DNA of 15,251 nucleotides from Chlamydiia bacterium (GTDB lineage Bacteria; Chlamydiota; Chlamydiia; Chlamydiales; 2-12-FULL-49-11): NCBI GenBank assembly GCA_044359535.1, contig JBIKLZ010000030.1, positions 1 to 15,251 of the forward strand, read 5' to 3'. Shown piece by piece: positions 15,251 to 15,251 of this stretch (position 1 is its first letter; each line of letters starts with the position of its first letter). The notes under the pieces were generated by a model. It saw only the letters and a program-made list of their open reading frames with translations, ran no database searches and was not told where the DNA came from. The position numbers and the translations under genes were made by a program.

Positions 15251-15251
15251 T
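15125..15251. repeat. Perfect 9-bp tandem repeat (TCTTGAATC)x14, running to the window end
   Basis: 14 exact units at 15125-15250 plus 1 nt. A related 23-nt direct repeat TCTTGAATCATTTCTATCAAAAG occurs at 15044-15066 and 15089-15111. Confidence 0.98.

Noticed and set aside
15125-15251. Tandem repeat as a CRISPR array
   Set aside because: 9-bp head-to-tail units with no spacers and no cas genes; it is a coding VNTR.

Overview
AT-rich bacterial window, almost certainly from an environmental member of Chlamydiota. It carries chlamydia-specific genes (CT016-like, CT017/Ctad1-like SH3 protein, a DUF648-like N-terminus) and two chlamydial syntenies, pssA-rmuC and phoH(CT015)-CT016-CT017. Accessory genes fill almost every gap in this backbone: a signal-peptide-bearing APH-like kinase, a CC0125/CC1285-type lipoprotein, a YbdG-type mechanosensitive channel, a 533-aa membrane-anchored protein, and a putP-coupled unknown gene followed by a decayed partial copy of itself. 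The most notable candidate is the 533-aa protein (9450-11051). Its C-terminal domain shows the Q...C...D-x-H signature of herpesvirus tegument-like (VTD / Peptidase C76-like) deubiquitinases, preceded by a recent 114-aa internal duplication. Other candidates are a possible mitochondrial-presequence mimic on a pseudokinase-like protein, several probable leaderless transcripts, and a perfect 9-bp VNTR encoding (Asp-Ser-Arg)14 at the right edge. All family calls come from motif recognition by eye; no searches were run.
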